From positions 229,588,001-229,652,000 of the forward strand of contig NC_058368.1 of the NCBI RefSeq assembly GCF_018350175.1: 64,000 nt of DNA. Direction: 5' to 3'. Source of the DNA: Felis catus (Eukaryota). Shown piece after piece: positions 52,837 through 64,000 of this stretch. Each line of letters starts with the position of its first letter. Position 1 is the stretch's first letter. A program made the position numbers and the translations under genes. The notes under the pieces are model-generated. The model searched no databases, was not told the DNA's origin, and saw nothing but the letters and a program-made list of their open reading frames with translations.

Positions 52837-53109
52837 TCTAAGCACACATCTACACCCTGGGTATTATTTGTAATATAACATTTCCAATGGGTCCCACACA
52901 AGACATATTGAGGGGAATGATGTGCTTCCTCCAGACCATTCAGTAAGATCTCCAAAATGCAGCAGAATTGGCAGCAGCAGAAAGAATGTCATGAGGATCA
53001 GTGGAAAACTGGCCGGAAGCAGCTGCAATTCTGCAAGCGGTCAGGACCAAATGGTTCCTGGATGCAACCCTCCGGGAGCCTGACGTAATTAATGATGAAA
53101 TCGTGAGGG

Positions 53110-53200
53110 ATGGAGAGTCAGCGTCATCCATAATTACAACTTCTCTAAATGGAGAGTCGGCGTGGTCGTCCACGGTCATCCATAATTATAACTTCTCTAA
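53110..53200. repeat. Imperfect tandem duplication (39-bp and 52-bp copies)
   Basis: atggagagtcagcgtcatccataattacaacttctctaa / atggagagtcggcgtggtcgtccacggtcatccataattataacttctctaa. Confidence 0.9.
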
Positions 53201-56200
53201 AATCATCCCAGGAGAAGCCTAGACAGAAACACTTCTGGGTTGTGTTCTTTGGTGAAGAATTGGAATGTAAGGTAGGTGAATGTACCCACTGGCAGCTGAC
53301 TCTTTCTTGTTTATTTTATATAATTTTAAAAGGTTTTTATGTGATAGTACTTTTTAAAAGTTATCCAAGATGGCGTGATTATCTCTCTTGAAAGTGGGGT
53401 CTATACTTTTTCTACCAGTGTTACAGATGTTTCTTATCCTTGCAGATGTGACCCTATGCAACGGAGGTACACCCACAGAGTGGGCTGTGGTCAAAACCGT
53501 ATGAACCACCACAGACAACTGGGCCGCGAGTGGACCCCCGGTAAGAAAGTACTGTCCATGAATGGTAGATGACCTACTTCACGAAGTTAAGCTAAGACAA
53601 TTATATTTTCTATCTTGGGAATGCAAACCCAAGAGGAAGACAGTTCAGTGGTAAACACTTGTGCCAATGAGTCACGGGGCTCTGAAAACGGGGCAGGCTT
53701 CGTGGAGCAGTGACCACAGGAAAGTGGGGACCATGCGGCGATCCCGACATGACTGGAAAGGAGAGACAGACAGACAAAAAGAAGCAGATCCAGAGAGAAA
53801 GGGAGAAGCTGTGAGTAAGAGGGATGGGGATAAGAATTACTAATCTATGAGCTGCCTGGACTCCTGCCTTTGCAAGCACCTTTTCACAGAACTTCCCCAC
53901 AGAGATGTCTCTGCATTGTTTGAGCACCGGAGGAGAATCATTGTCCGAGGTCGTTTGACATAAGGGAAGCAAATAGAGGGGACTCTCAAAGACAGGCAGA
54001 TGGGAGCAAAACTGAAAGAGACCCATAGTGCCTTCGTGATGAGAGAAAGTAGCCATAAGCCTAAAAGTCCCAGGTCTCAGACCCGGTGATGTTCTCCTTA
54101 CCCTCTTCATGTCTATGACTTCAAATGCTATGAAATCCTTCAATAAGTTCCCTCTTCTTGAGCCAGCCTGAGGAGCTCTCTTCTCCTGGGGAAAGAAAAG
54201 GACAACATTAATTAGCATTGTTTTACGGGAGATAAAGTTAGAACATGTATAACTGTGTATTATATTTCCTTGTGGGACATATATTACGTAAACAGTCATA
54301 GCTGTTACTTACCCAGGCTCCTCTACCAAATGCTATCTTGCCTAAACCTTTAAAAATACCCTTTTCCCAATGAGGAAATTGAGACTAGTTGTTACTGTTG
54401 CTATAATCAAAAGTTACCTGACAACATCTAAAGGAATAAAGAAGAAAACACTAATGTTGTCCCAAATGCAAGTTAAATTAATTTTAACTCAAACTTTAAT
54501 AAAATGTGGTACATAAAATAATTGACCGAGCTTGCCTTATGCTGTGAAATTGAGATATAGAAAGTGAAATCAAAACGTATTTCATGTTATGACAGGCTAA
54601 CATATAATAATACCCAATTTTCAAAATTCAAAACACCAATCTTTTTGTCCCAACTATTAAATATTTAGCTGTATATTTGGCTATAACACATACATCTATG
54701 AGTTTACTTGGAAATGTACTAAACAAATTCCAGTACCAAATAAATCATTTAAGCATATAGTAAGCACATTAGTTTTAATCATTAAAAAAAGTCCTCTTGG
54801 ATTACCTGTTTTGTCCCAGGCTTTTGTGCCATGCAATACGACAGCTTTTATGAGTCCATTTTACTTGTTTGCCTGAGTTGCAACAAGAGCAGCAAAAATA
54901 AACAGAAAAAGGAGAATTTGTGAGCATATGAAGAAGAGGGAATGTGTCAACCAAACTGCAAAGTCCCTACAGGGCATACATTTTTGAAATCCACGTTTTT
55001 CTGCCCACTGGGTCATTCTCATGTAGAAGCAAAGTGGGGAAAGCGTAAAGCATCTGCGGGTAGAGTGATATTGACACTGCCCTGTGGAAATAGAAATGTT
55101 CGCAGAGGAGATGAGAAGGAAGGAAGGACTCTGCCAAATATGAAGTGAAGGATCCAAGGGCTGCTGGAGGCCAAGGAGAAGAATGGTCAGTATTTATCCC
55201 ACAGGAGATGCGTCCTGGCTGTGCCAGGTTAGTCTCACTCACACTGGCTCATGTGCTTGGCCGATACCCTGGCTCTTTCTCCAGACTTCTCAGAATCATT
55301 CTACGTGGTCAAGAAAGTTTTGATGGTATTCTCAGCTGTTAGTCCAAAGAGAAGTCGTTCAGGCTGATGTTTAAATGCCTGATATGTTAACTAGATCTGC
55401 AAGATATAAGGGAATTTCAGGAGCCAGAAAAGAGCCAGAATAAATTTTCCCCCACTGGGAATTCAGAACATTAATATCAAATCATAGATAATAAAAACCC
55501 AAACACAATTATTGAAGTCTCATTTAAACCATTATCTTCAACCTCTTTCACCTTGAAATTGAGGCCAGCTCTAAAATTGAGCAGTAAAATTAGTGGTTTG
55601 ACCTCCCTCCTCTCTCTTTCCACTTGGCACTACAGGGTATAACACTGGGGATTACGGAAAGTCACAGTTTGGGGGCAAGGGAGGAAAGTGAAGGAGAACA
55701 GCAGTTCTTTTATATTCTCTAAACTTGATAATTAGACCAATAATATAAGGACCGTACTTGAGAATATTTAATTGACAAGGTAAAATGGGAAGCTAAATAT
55801 ATCATTCCAATATGCTTTTAGCCACAGATTTTTAAAAATTCATGTATATCACACTAAACCGGTCACTAGGCACATATTAAATCACAGAGCTTGGTGTTAT
55901 TAAGTCATGTCAAAAATTAAAACAAAGATAAAATATATCCCATCTCTTTTCCTCTGGAATAGTATTTGAAGGTTGGTCAAATCGACTGGTCTGGTACCGT
56001 AAAGGAATTGCGGCAATATCTACCAAGTGGAAGAAGATAGAAAAAAGGGTAAAAAATAAATAAAAGAAAAAGATATAAGGTTTTCTGAGTGTCTATGACA
56101 AACCAGGTATCCCAAGAAGGGTATTTACAAATGAGGCCTAACAATTTTTATACATATTTTATTGGGAATAATTATTCTCATTGAAAGATGAGTGAAGTGA

Positions 56201-56557
56201 AGCTCAGAAAAACAAAGACTTGTTTTAGGTCCCACAGGTAGAAAGTGGCTAAGCCTTTCTGAAATTAATATTCAGGCATGTCTAAGCCAACAAATAATAT
56301 TTTAAAGCTGCCAGCTTTAAGGCAAAGAGCAACTGTGTGTGTTTGGTAGTTTATTTATTTGTTTAAATCCGAGTTAGTTAACATGCAGTGTAGTATTGGT
56401 TTCAGAGGTGGAACCCAGTGACTCATCACTTCTATGGAACACCCAGTGCTCATCCCAACAAGTGTCCTCCTTAATGCCCATCACCCATTTAGCCCATTCC
56501 CCCACCCACCTCCCCTCCAGCAACCCTCAGTTTGTTCTCTGTATTTAAGAGTTTCTT

Positions 56558-56750
56558 GGGGCACCTTGGTGGCTCAGTCAGTTAAGTGTTGGACTCTTGA
56601 TTTTGGCTCAGGCCATGATCTCACAGTTTGAGGGTTCGAGGCCCACAACAGGATCTTCACTGACAGCCCAGAGCCTACTTGGGATTCTATCTCTCTTTCT
56701 CTGCCCATTTCCCCACTCCCTCTCTCTCTCTCAAACAAACATTTAAAACA
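56558..56750 (+). mobile_element. CanSINE inserted in the L1 3' UTR
   Basis: ggggcaccttggtggctcagtcagttaag head; TSD aagagt(t/c)tctt. Confidence 0.92.
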
Positions 56751-56979
56751 AGAGTCTCTTATGGTTTGCCTCCCTTTCTGTTTTTACCTTATGTTGTTTT
56801 TCCTTTCCTTTCCCTACGTTCATCTGTTCTGTTTTTTAAATTCCACATATGAGTGAAATCATACGATATTTGTCTTTGTCTGACTGACTTATTTCCCTTA
56901 GCATAACATACTCTACTTGCATTCATGATGTTGCAAAAGGCAAGATTTCATTCTTTTTGATTGCCGAGTAATATTTCAT

Positions 56980-57185
56980 TATATATATATGTGTGTATAT
57001 ACACATTATATATATATATATAATATGCATATGTATATATACAAGCATATGTATATACATTATAATATACATATATATGTAATATACATATATATTACAT
57101 ATGCATGTGTGTATATATATACATTGTGTATGTATATTACATATATAGTGATATAATATATATATATATGTATATACACACATAC
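56980..57185. repeat. Compound (TA)n/(TG)/(CA) low-complexity tract
   Basis: About 200 bp of mostly alternating purine-pyrimidine tatatatgtgtgtatatacac. Confidence 0.95.
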
Positions 57186-57809
57186 CACATCTTCTTTATC
57201 CATTCATCAGTCAATGGACATTTGGACTCTTTCTATTATTTGGCTATTGTCGATAGTGCTGCTATAAACACTGGGTGCATTTGCCCCTTCAAATCAGCAT
57301 TTGTGTATCCTTTGGATAAATACCTAATAGTGCAATTGTTGGGTCATAGGGTAGTTCTGTTTTTAATTTTTTGAGGAAAGTTCATACTGTTTTCCAGAGT
57401 GACTGCACCAGTTTGCATTCCCACGAACAGTGCAAAAAGATTCCCCTTCCTCCATATGTGTTGTTTCCTGAGTTGTTAATTTTAGCCATTCTGACAGGTG
57501 TGAGGTGGTATCTCATGGTGCTTTTGATTTGTATTTCTCTGATAATGAGTGATGTTGAGCAACTTTTCATGTGTCTGTTAGCCATCTGGATGTCTTCTTT
57601 GGAGAAGTGTCTATTCATGTTTTCTGCCCATTTCTTCAGCAGCTGTGTTTTAACTCATTGTCACCAGAGAAACAACTTTGACATTCGAGGATCTTCTAAA
57701 TCAACTTCTGTTACTAAAGTTTTCATTGGGAAAGTGGAAATTAGGAGCTATAAGATCTCACCTATAACTTTGATAAAGAGTTAGGATATTTCTTGAAACA
57801 CAAATGTGT

Positions 57810-58775
57810 TAAATATATTTAAATCCATGAGTTCATTACGGTAGGAGAAATATCCACTGGATATATTTAAAGTATATTAAGAAACCAACTAATTAATGCC
57901 AAAATTGGTAGATAAAGAAAAGGAGTTAATTTATTTTTCATATATTTTTTCCTTTCCCATTACCCTAACGTAACCAAATAGTTGATATGAGGAATTTCCC
58001 TATTATAGAAGTATAAAAAGTAAATATTATATTAAGTAATGAGATAAGTAATGACAGAATTAGAATATCACCATTTAGTAATGCAAAATTAATTAAAAGA
58101 TTATATGAGTTACCCATTTTGATGTAATAAATGTTCCCAAAACACAGTAGCTTGAAAGAACAGTCATGTATTAACGTATAATTCTTTGAATATAAGTACT
58201 CAACTAGATAGATCTGCTGCTTCCTCCTGGATCACACATATGGAGTCAGTCAGATATGCTGGTATGGAGAATCTCCCTCACACATCTATCAGTTAATACT
58301 GGTTGAACTGCCTATGAGCTCAGCCTCTCTCTGTATACATCATCTCCCATACTTAAAGAGGCTACCCTAGGCTTCTTCAGCTAGTGGTTACAAGCCACAA
58401 TGTGAGCCCACATTTATGAGGGTGGGAAGTGAATCGCATCTTTTAATGGGAGGAATGGAAAAGTTCATAGCAAAAAGAGTAGATCTAATAGGGATAAGAA
58501 TTTGTGGCCATTTTTTAAAACCTACCAAATAGTTCAAGGCAATGATCATCATGTATGGCTAACATCTCAAAAAATGAAACAAATAAACCTTATGGACCTG
58601 CTAATAAATACCAAACAAAAAATGAAATTAAAATTGATCAAGCCTCTAGATCTAACTATGAATCTTGGACAGGAACAGAAAAAAAACTCTACAAAATCAC
58701 TGGCAATTTCAGATGGTGGTAAAGTTTATAGCACAATCTGGTTTCTTCCAACCAACAAACTACAGGAAAAGGAAG
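57810..58775 (+). mobile_element. Ancient L1MC-type 3' UTR remnant, interrupted by an MLT1
   Basis: taaatccatgagttcat; aatgacagaattagaatatcaccattt; aggcaatgatcatca...aaattgatcaagcctctagatctaact. Confidence 0.6.
58105..58530 (-). mobile_element. Old MaLR LTR (MLT1F/G/H-like)
   Basis: cccaaaacacagtagcttgaaagaacag ... catcttttaatgggaggaatgg...tttgtggccattttttaaaacctacca. Confidence 0.65.
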
Positions 58776-59499
58776 TGGAAAATTAAAAAGGCAAAGATTG
58801 GAAAAGGAAAAACAAAAGTATTTTATTTGCAGATAAAATGACTCTGTGCATAGAAAATTCAAGAGAATCTATCTACCAAGTCTTATGAATCATGGTGACT
58901 AGACAGAATATCAAGAGAAAAATGTTATTTCTCTAGAAAATAATAGAGAAACTAATTAAGAATGCCCTTTTGCCATAGTGACAAAAATACAGTGTTCTTA
59001 AGAAGAAATCAAATGGAAGTTGGCCAAGGATTCTATATACTAACTATAAAAAGACCAAAAAAGAGGAGGTCATTATGATCAGAGGTTAGATTGAGATTTT
59101 TAAAATAAGACTCAAAAGATGTTAACTATTCAGATCTGTGGATGGAAAGCAATTTCAACCCAAGTCTGAACTGCAATTTGAATAGATACTTCTGAAAGGA
59201 GTATGAATGTGCAAAAGCCCACAAATGACCTAAAATCTTTTTTCAACAAATATTATTGGGGCAACTGGATATCCATGTGAAAAAGAATGAAGCTGGACCC
59301 CTTTCTCATACCATTGACCTCTCACACCATTTTCACAAATTAACACAAAATCGGCCATCAGTCTAAATATAAGAGGAAAAATGATATAAACTTTTACAAG
59401 AAATCCTAACAATGAACCTTCCTGACCCTGACTTAGGAAATGTTTCTTAGGTATGTGACAGAAATGTTAATTAGTCTTCTTTAAAATTAAAAACATTTC

Positions 59500-59722
59500 G
59501 GGGGCACCTGGGTGGCTTAGCAGGTTAAGCATCGGACTTCAGCTCAGGTCATGATCTCACAGTTCATGAGTTTGAGCCCCGCATTGGGCTCTGTGCCGAC
59601 AGCTCAGAGCCTGGAACCTGCTTTGGATTCTTTCTCTCCCTCTCTATCTATACCTCCCCCACTTGCATTCTGTCTCTCTCTCTCTCTCAAAAATAAATAA
59701 ACATTAAAATTTTTTTAAAAAT
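59500..59722 (+). mobile_element. CanSINE
   Basis: ggggcacctgggtggcttagcaggttaagc head, CT segment, aataaataaacattaaaa tail. Confidence 0.95.
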
Positions 59723-60497
59723 AAAGTGAAAACACAACCATATAATGGGAAACTATATTTGCAAATCATACATCACATCAAAGATGTATTCAAAATACAT
59801 AAGGAACTTCTACAACTCAATAATAAAAAAAACAAATAACCCAGTTTTGGGTTTTGTTTTGTTTTGTTTTGTTTTGTTTAGTGGCCAAAGGATTTGAATA
59901 GACTCTTCTCCAAAAATATTTGGAAATGCTAGTGAGAACAAAAAAAAATATGCTCAGCATCTTAGTCCCTAGAGAAATGCAAACTAAAACCACAGTGAGG
60001 AACCACTTCACATGCTCTAGACTGGCTAAAACTAAAAGACAGACAATAATAAAAGGCAACAGGATGAGGAGAATTGGAATGATCAGCCATTGCTAATGGG
60101 AATGTAAAGTGATGGAGTTGCTTTGCGCACTATTCTGGTAGTTTCTCAGTATGTTAATCGTAGAATCCATAGGACCCAACGATCTCACTCCCAGGTATAC
60201 ACCCAAGAATTAAAGAGAGGTGTCCATGCAAAAATATGTCTACAATTGTTCATGACAGCGTTATTCATAACAGGCAAAATGTAGGAAAACCTATATGTCC
60301 CTCAACTAATAAGTAAACAAACAGATGTGGTATATCCACACACTGGAATATTATTTGGCAATAAAAAAAAATGAGTACCAATACTTGCTACAACATGGGT
60401 GAACTTGAAAACACTGTGCTCTATGAAAGAAGCCAGACACAAAAGATCATGTTATATGATTCCTTTTATATGAAATATCCAAAGAATGCAAATCTTT

Positions 60498-60628
60498 GAT
60501 TTTTTAAGGTTGTGTGTGTGTGTGTGTGTGTGTGTTTAAAATAATCTGTATATCCAATGTGGGACTCAAACTCATGACCCGAGATCAAAAGTCACAAGCT
60601 CTATCGGCTGAACCAGCTAGGCACCCCT
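60498..60628 (-). mobile_element. Short tRNA-like CanSINE lacking the CT segment, with tail converted to (TG)n
   Basis: ccaatgtgggactcaaactcatgacccgagatcaaaagtcac...ggctgaaccagctaggcaccc; TSD gcaaatcttt. Confidence 0.85.
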
Positions 60629-61782
60629 CAGCAAATCTTTAGAGACAGAATATAGGTTAGTGGTTCTGATTATGGGGGGGGGGGGAGGTTGGAGAGGCAG
60701 AGAGTGACTGCTAGTGAATATGAAATTTTTGTGAAGGGGTGGTGGTGTTAAGAATGTTGTGAAATCAGGGAGTGCTGATGATTACCCAAGTCCATGAATA
60801 TACTTAAAAAAAAAGCCCATCCCACTAAATTGTACATTTTAAAAAGCTGAATTTTATGGTATGGGTAGTATATTCCTACAAAGCTATCATTTAAAAAAAA
60901 TGTAAAATCTGCCTGTGACATCAAGGTTACTTTCAATTTAATATCCTTTTAAAGAGTAAATAAAAAATGCTTAAAGCTATATAAATTTTTCAAAGGCAAT
61001 TTGAAGATATGCTAATTTCTTAGAAAGTAGAATAAAAAACATACTATCAATGCTGAATTTTTAGACCCAGAGTGGGGCTTCCTTATCTTTTCATTTACTG
61101 AATTGTCCACTTTAGAATTAGCACTCATTGAACTGAGATAAATTGTCTATTTTTGCAGATGAATGAATGAAAGTCAAGTGAAAGAAATTGGAACTTTTAA
61201 ATGATGTCCAAACTTTAAATTATAAAATGATATTACCCATTTTAAAGAAATATCATTTCAGTTTCTTTTCATGTTATTCCATATTCAGACTACTGATAAG
61301 CCTAACAAGTCAAGGAAATACACTGGTGATATACATTTCAACAGACAGAAAAAGGAGAGCATTTTCTATGCTGATTATAAAATGCTAATTGTAACATTCA
61401 TCCTTGATAATTGTACAAACTTCTAGTTTTCATTTATTAAACATGGACAGATTCTTCTCACTTTGATTTATTAGAATGTTTTACTCAAAGATGCACCTTT
61501 TTATTTTAGTTAGCATAATGTAGAAGTTTAAAATAGATTTCCACTTTGTCTTTTTAAGTTGTAAATAAAACTCAAAAAACAAGTTGTAAATAAAACTCAA
61601 CACAGGATAACAGTATTGTTGGAACTAAATGAACAATGTATTAAGTAGATTGGGATTGTCTTTGGCATGATTTACCAATTTGTTTAGAAATAACTATGCT
61701 ATTTTAAATGGGAGTGCACTATGTAAAAATCATGGACGATAGAGCTATATAAAATGAAATCATGGCCAAGGTTAACTTCACT

Positions 61783-61975
61783 TATTTTTTTAATGTTTAT
61801 TTATTTTGAAAGAGAGGGAGTTGGGTTAGAGAGAAGGGAAAGAGAGAATCCCGAGTAGGTTCTGTGCTGTCAACGTGGAGCCCAACACAGGGCTCGATCC
61901 CAGGAAACATGAGATATTGACCTGAGCCAAAATTAAGAGTTAGATGCTTAACTGACTGAGCCACTCAGGCGCCCC
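61783..61975 (-). mobile_element. CanSINE
   Basis: Reverse SINE ending gagccactcaggcgcccc; TSD aaggtta(a/g)cttca(c/t)tta. Confidence 0.95.
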
Positions 61976-62160
61976 AAGGTTAGCTTCATTTAAATTCTCT
62001 TCTGAAGCCATAATTTTCATGGTTGTTTAATTTGTGTCCATACCTAAACAAATTTAGTGATGCTCCTATCATGTTTTGTTGACTGGGCTTTTTTTTAATA
62101 ACTCTTAACTGGTGAATGCTACAGTGAATAGAATTCTTTTGTTATTGTGGTTAATATTAT

Positions 62161-62220
62161 CTCCTTCCTTCCTTCTCCCCTTCCTTCCTTCCTTCCTACC
62201 TACCTTCCTTCCTTTCCCCC
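62161..62220. repeat. Imperfect (CCTT)n microsatellite
   Basis: ccttccttccttctccccttccttccttcc. Confidence 0.9.
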
Positions 62221-64000
62221 TTTTTTGTTCTTTATTCCTATTTATTTGTTGCACCAAGACTCAAGTGTCCATTGGTAGTCTGAGCTTATGTTTCAAAGCA
62301 TCTACTGAGTGCATAGATTATAATTGACTAACATTTTGGTTTGGATAAAAATAAAATTCTCCATCTTTATTTTGTTTTGGTTGGATAAAATATTTTAGGC
62401 TCACACTCTCTTCCCCTCAGAATTTTAAATGTTACTCTATTATTTTTTCACACCCGAAATTGCTGAGTAGAAAGCCTTTTATGATGAAAAACAAAACTCA
62501 AGGAAAACAAAAATATCTTCTTGAAATGAGAAACTTCCTTACTGGTTTAAAAAAAAAACTTCAGCATATATTACTCTTAATAGTAGCAAAGGAAAAGGAG
62601 GGTATGATAAATTTAATAAAAGATGTGCAAGAACTCTATGGAGAAGAATATAAAACTTTGTAGAATGACATTAAATAAAACCTAAATAAATAGAAAGTTA
62701 ATTTCTGAAATCATTCCATTTTTGCATAAAACAAAAGTGGTTTGGAATTCCAAATGTTCAGGCTGATTCTTATTCTAGGACATTTTGCTCAGCTGGTACT
62801 GAAGAGTTGTTTATTCCAGGATGAAGGAAATCGGCACACAAGGAGTTTGATAGAAGGTAGAGACTCAGTCAAGTCTGCATAGTAAGACTTTCTTGAATGA
62901 ACTATAAAGTTAGTTCCCAAAGCACAAGCCCCATCACACTCTAGATTGTTTAAAGGGCCATTGCATCTCATACCTACACCTCCTCTGGCAGGCTGGGCTC
63001 GGACTCTGGCGTGTTATAAACACAGCCGTGTACACAATAGTGATCTCTGAGTTCTATCTCTGCTCCACCAAGATAGGGTCCACAGAGGAGAGGAAGCCTT
63101 TTACATTTGTCTTTTTGTAAGATGAGTAGCAAAGAGTAGGTGCTCAATAAATAGATGTACGAACATGTACTGGGTTTAAGCCTTGACTTCACAACTACAG
63201 TTGAGAGTTAATTACTAAATATGCAAAATCAAATGACCTCATGTATAAGGTCAATGATCCTGCTCTCTCTACTCTCCAACATGGTCTGGAGAATCATATG
63301 ACACCACGTGTGAAGGTGGACTATAGACTACAAGCCACTCCCCAAGGCAGATGTAGGGCAGTATCGATTGTAATCTTTGTAACTTATTTACTTTGTCTTA
63401 CAATTTTATCAGTGTGATTTTATTAACAGTCTACACTCCAGCAAGTAACACCTATACCTGGTTAGTTTTTAAGTTATATGGCTAGTTTTTTTTTAATAAA
63501 TAATTCTTTAAACATGAATTTCTTCTAAACTTATTTCAATGTCATGTGTGTTCTGATTCCTTTATATTGTGATTTCCCAAGGACAACACGTACATTAGAA
63601 AACTATGTAGTCATAAATTCAATAAATATTTACAAAAATAAATTTTGAACAGATAGAATAACAGAGTGAAGGGCCATTGATGAAATAAGTTGAGTTTCGC
63701 TTTCTGTATTTAGTAATTCATAAACTATTATGTAAAGAGAATCGGGTCTTTGTGTTGGTTACAAGTCATGAAATTTCACTGCCACAAAGGAATTTGGAGC
63801 ACTAGTTCAGAGGAAATTAATATCTTTATTTCCATTAACCACTAACTAAAATATGCCATTTTCTTCAATGATCATTGTGGGCAAACAAACAGGGTGGGAT
63901 CAGTAGTAGTACTTCAACTGTCACAAATAGACATCACAGATAATGTCATACCCGCCTATGGACTTCAGACATCTCAAAATGGCATTACTTTGAGATTATA

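Larger units (their letters stand above)
56345..57637 (-). mobile_element. Carnivore L1 (3' UTR and ORF2 end), 5'-truncated, containing a SINE and a TA-rich expansion
   Basis: gttagttaacatgcagtgtagtattggtttc...; ORF track 57382-57618 [45 protein letters not shown] is the L1 ORF2 C-terminus; flanks agca(a/g)ctgtgt. Confidence 0.95.
58780..60897 (+). mobile_element. Old LINE-1 (ORF2 remnants plus L1MB-type 3' UTR) with SINE insertions
   Basis: ttatttgcagataaaatgactc; ggggcaactggatatccatg; gaaatgcaaactaaaaccacagtgag; gaaagaagccagacacaaaag; aattgtacattttaaaa...aaagct. Confidence 0.88.

Noticed and set aside
53610..54299. Longest ORF (229 aa, minus strand)
   Set aside because: No recognisable domain, composition typical of antisense non-coding DNA, and it appears to cross old MaLR-like remnants; a BLASTP/PhyloCSF check would settle it.
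678..61975. tRNA-like heads of the CanSINEs as tRNA genes
   Set aside because: They are the tRNA-derived 5' parts of SINEs with tails and TSDs, not functional tRNAs.
62779..62881. Plus-strand open segment after ttattctag (HFAQLVLKSCLFQDEGNRH...)
   Set aside because: Weak donor context and unrecognised peptide; insufficient evidence.
600..63192. The short ORFs in the supplied track, including the recurrent MAQSV.../GAPGWRSRLS... peptides
   Set aside because: They are translations of CanSINEs, L1 remnants, microsatellites or chance open frames; none resembles a host protein I recognise.
1..64000. CRISPR array or prokaryotic defence/operon-type system
   Set aside because: The sequence is mammalian; no regularly spaced repeat-spacer array or gene-dense region is present.

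Overview
Mammalian nuclear DNA from a cat-family (Felidae) genome. The assignment rests on roughly 25 tRNA-derived CanSINEs, several of the young felid SINEC_Fc type (GGGGCGCCTGGGTGGCGCAGTCGGTTAAGCGTCCGACTTC...), and on felid/carnivore L1 3' ends. The window is AT-rich and reads as intergenic or intronic. It is a layered mosaic of CanSINEs (many with clear target-site duplications, TSDs), old and carnivore-specific LINE-1 fragments, L2 and MIR relics, MaLR (MLT1) and MER21-family LTRs, and microsatellites. I could not recognise any protein-coding exon or RNA gene; the ORF track is explained by repeats or chance. I found no convincing novel biological system. The most unusual structure is a perfect 36-bp inverted repeat interlocked with a 22-bp direct repeat at 13334-13441 (a template-switch signature and possible hairpin RNA). 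Other points of interest are a 150-bp frame-preserving exon candidate on the minus strand (2320-2469), stacked or nested SINE insertions, an apparently empty TSD at 61556-61600, and a few enhancer-like motif clusters. Repeat subfamily names come from recalled consensus sequences, and the boundaries of old repeats are approximate.
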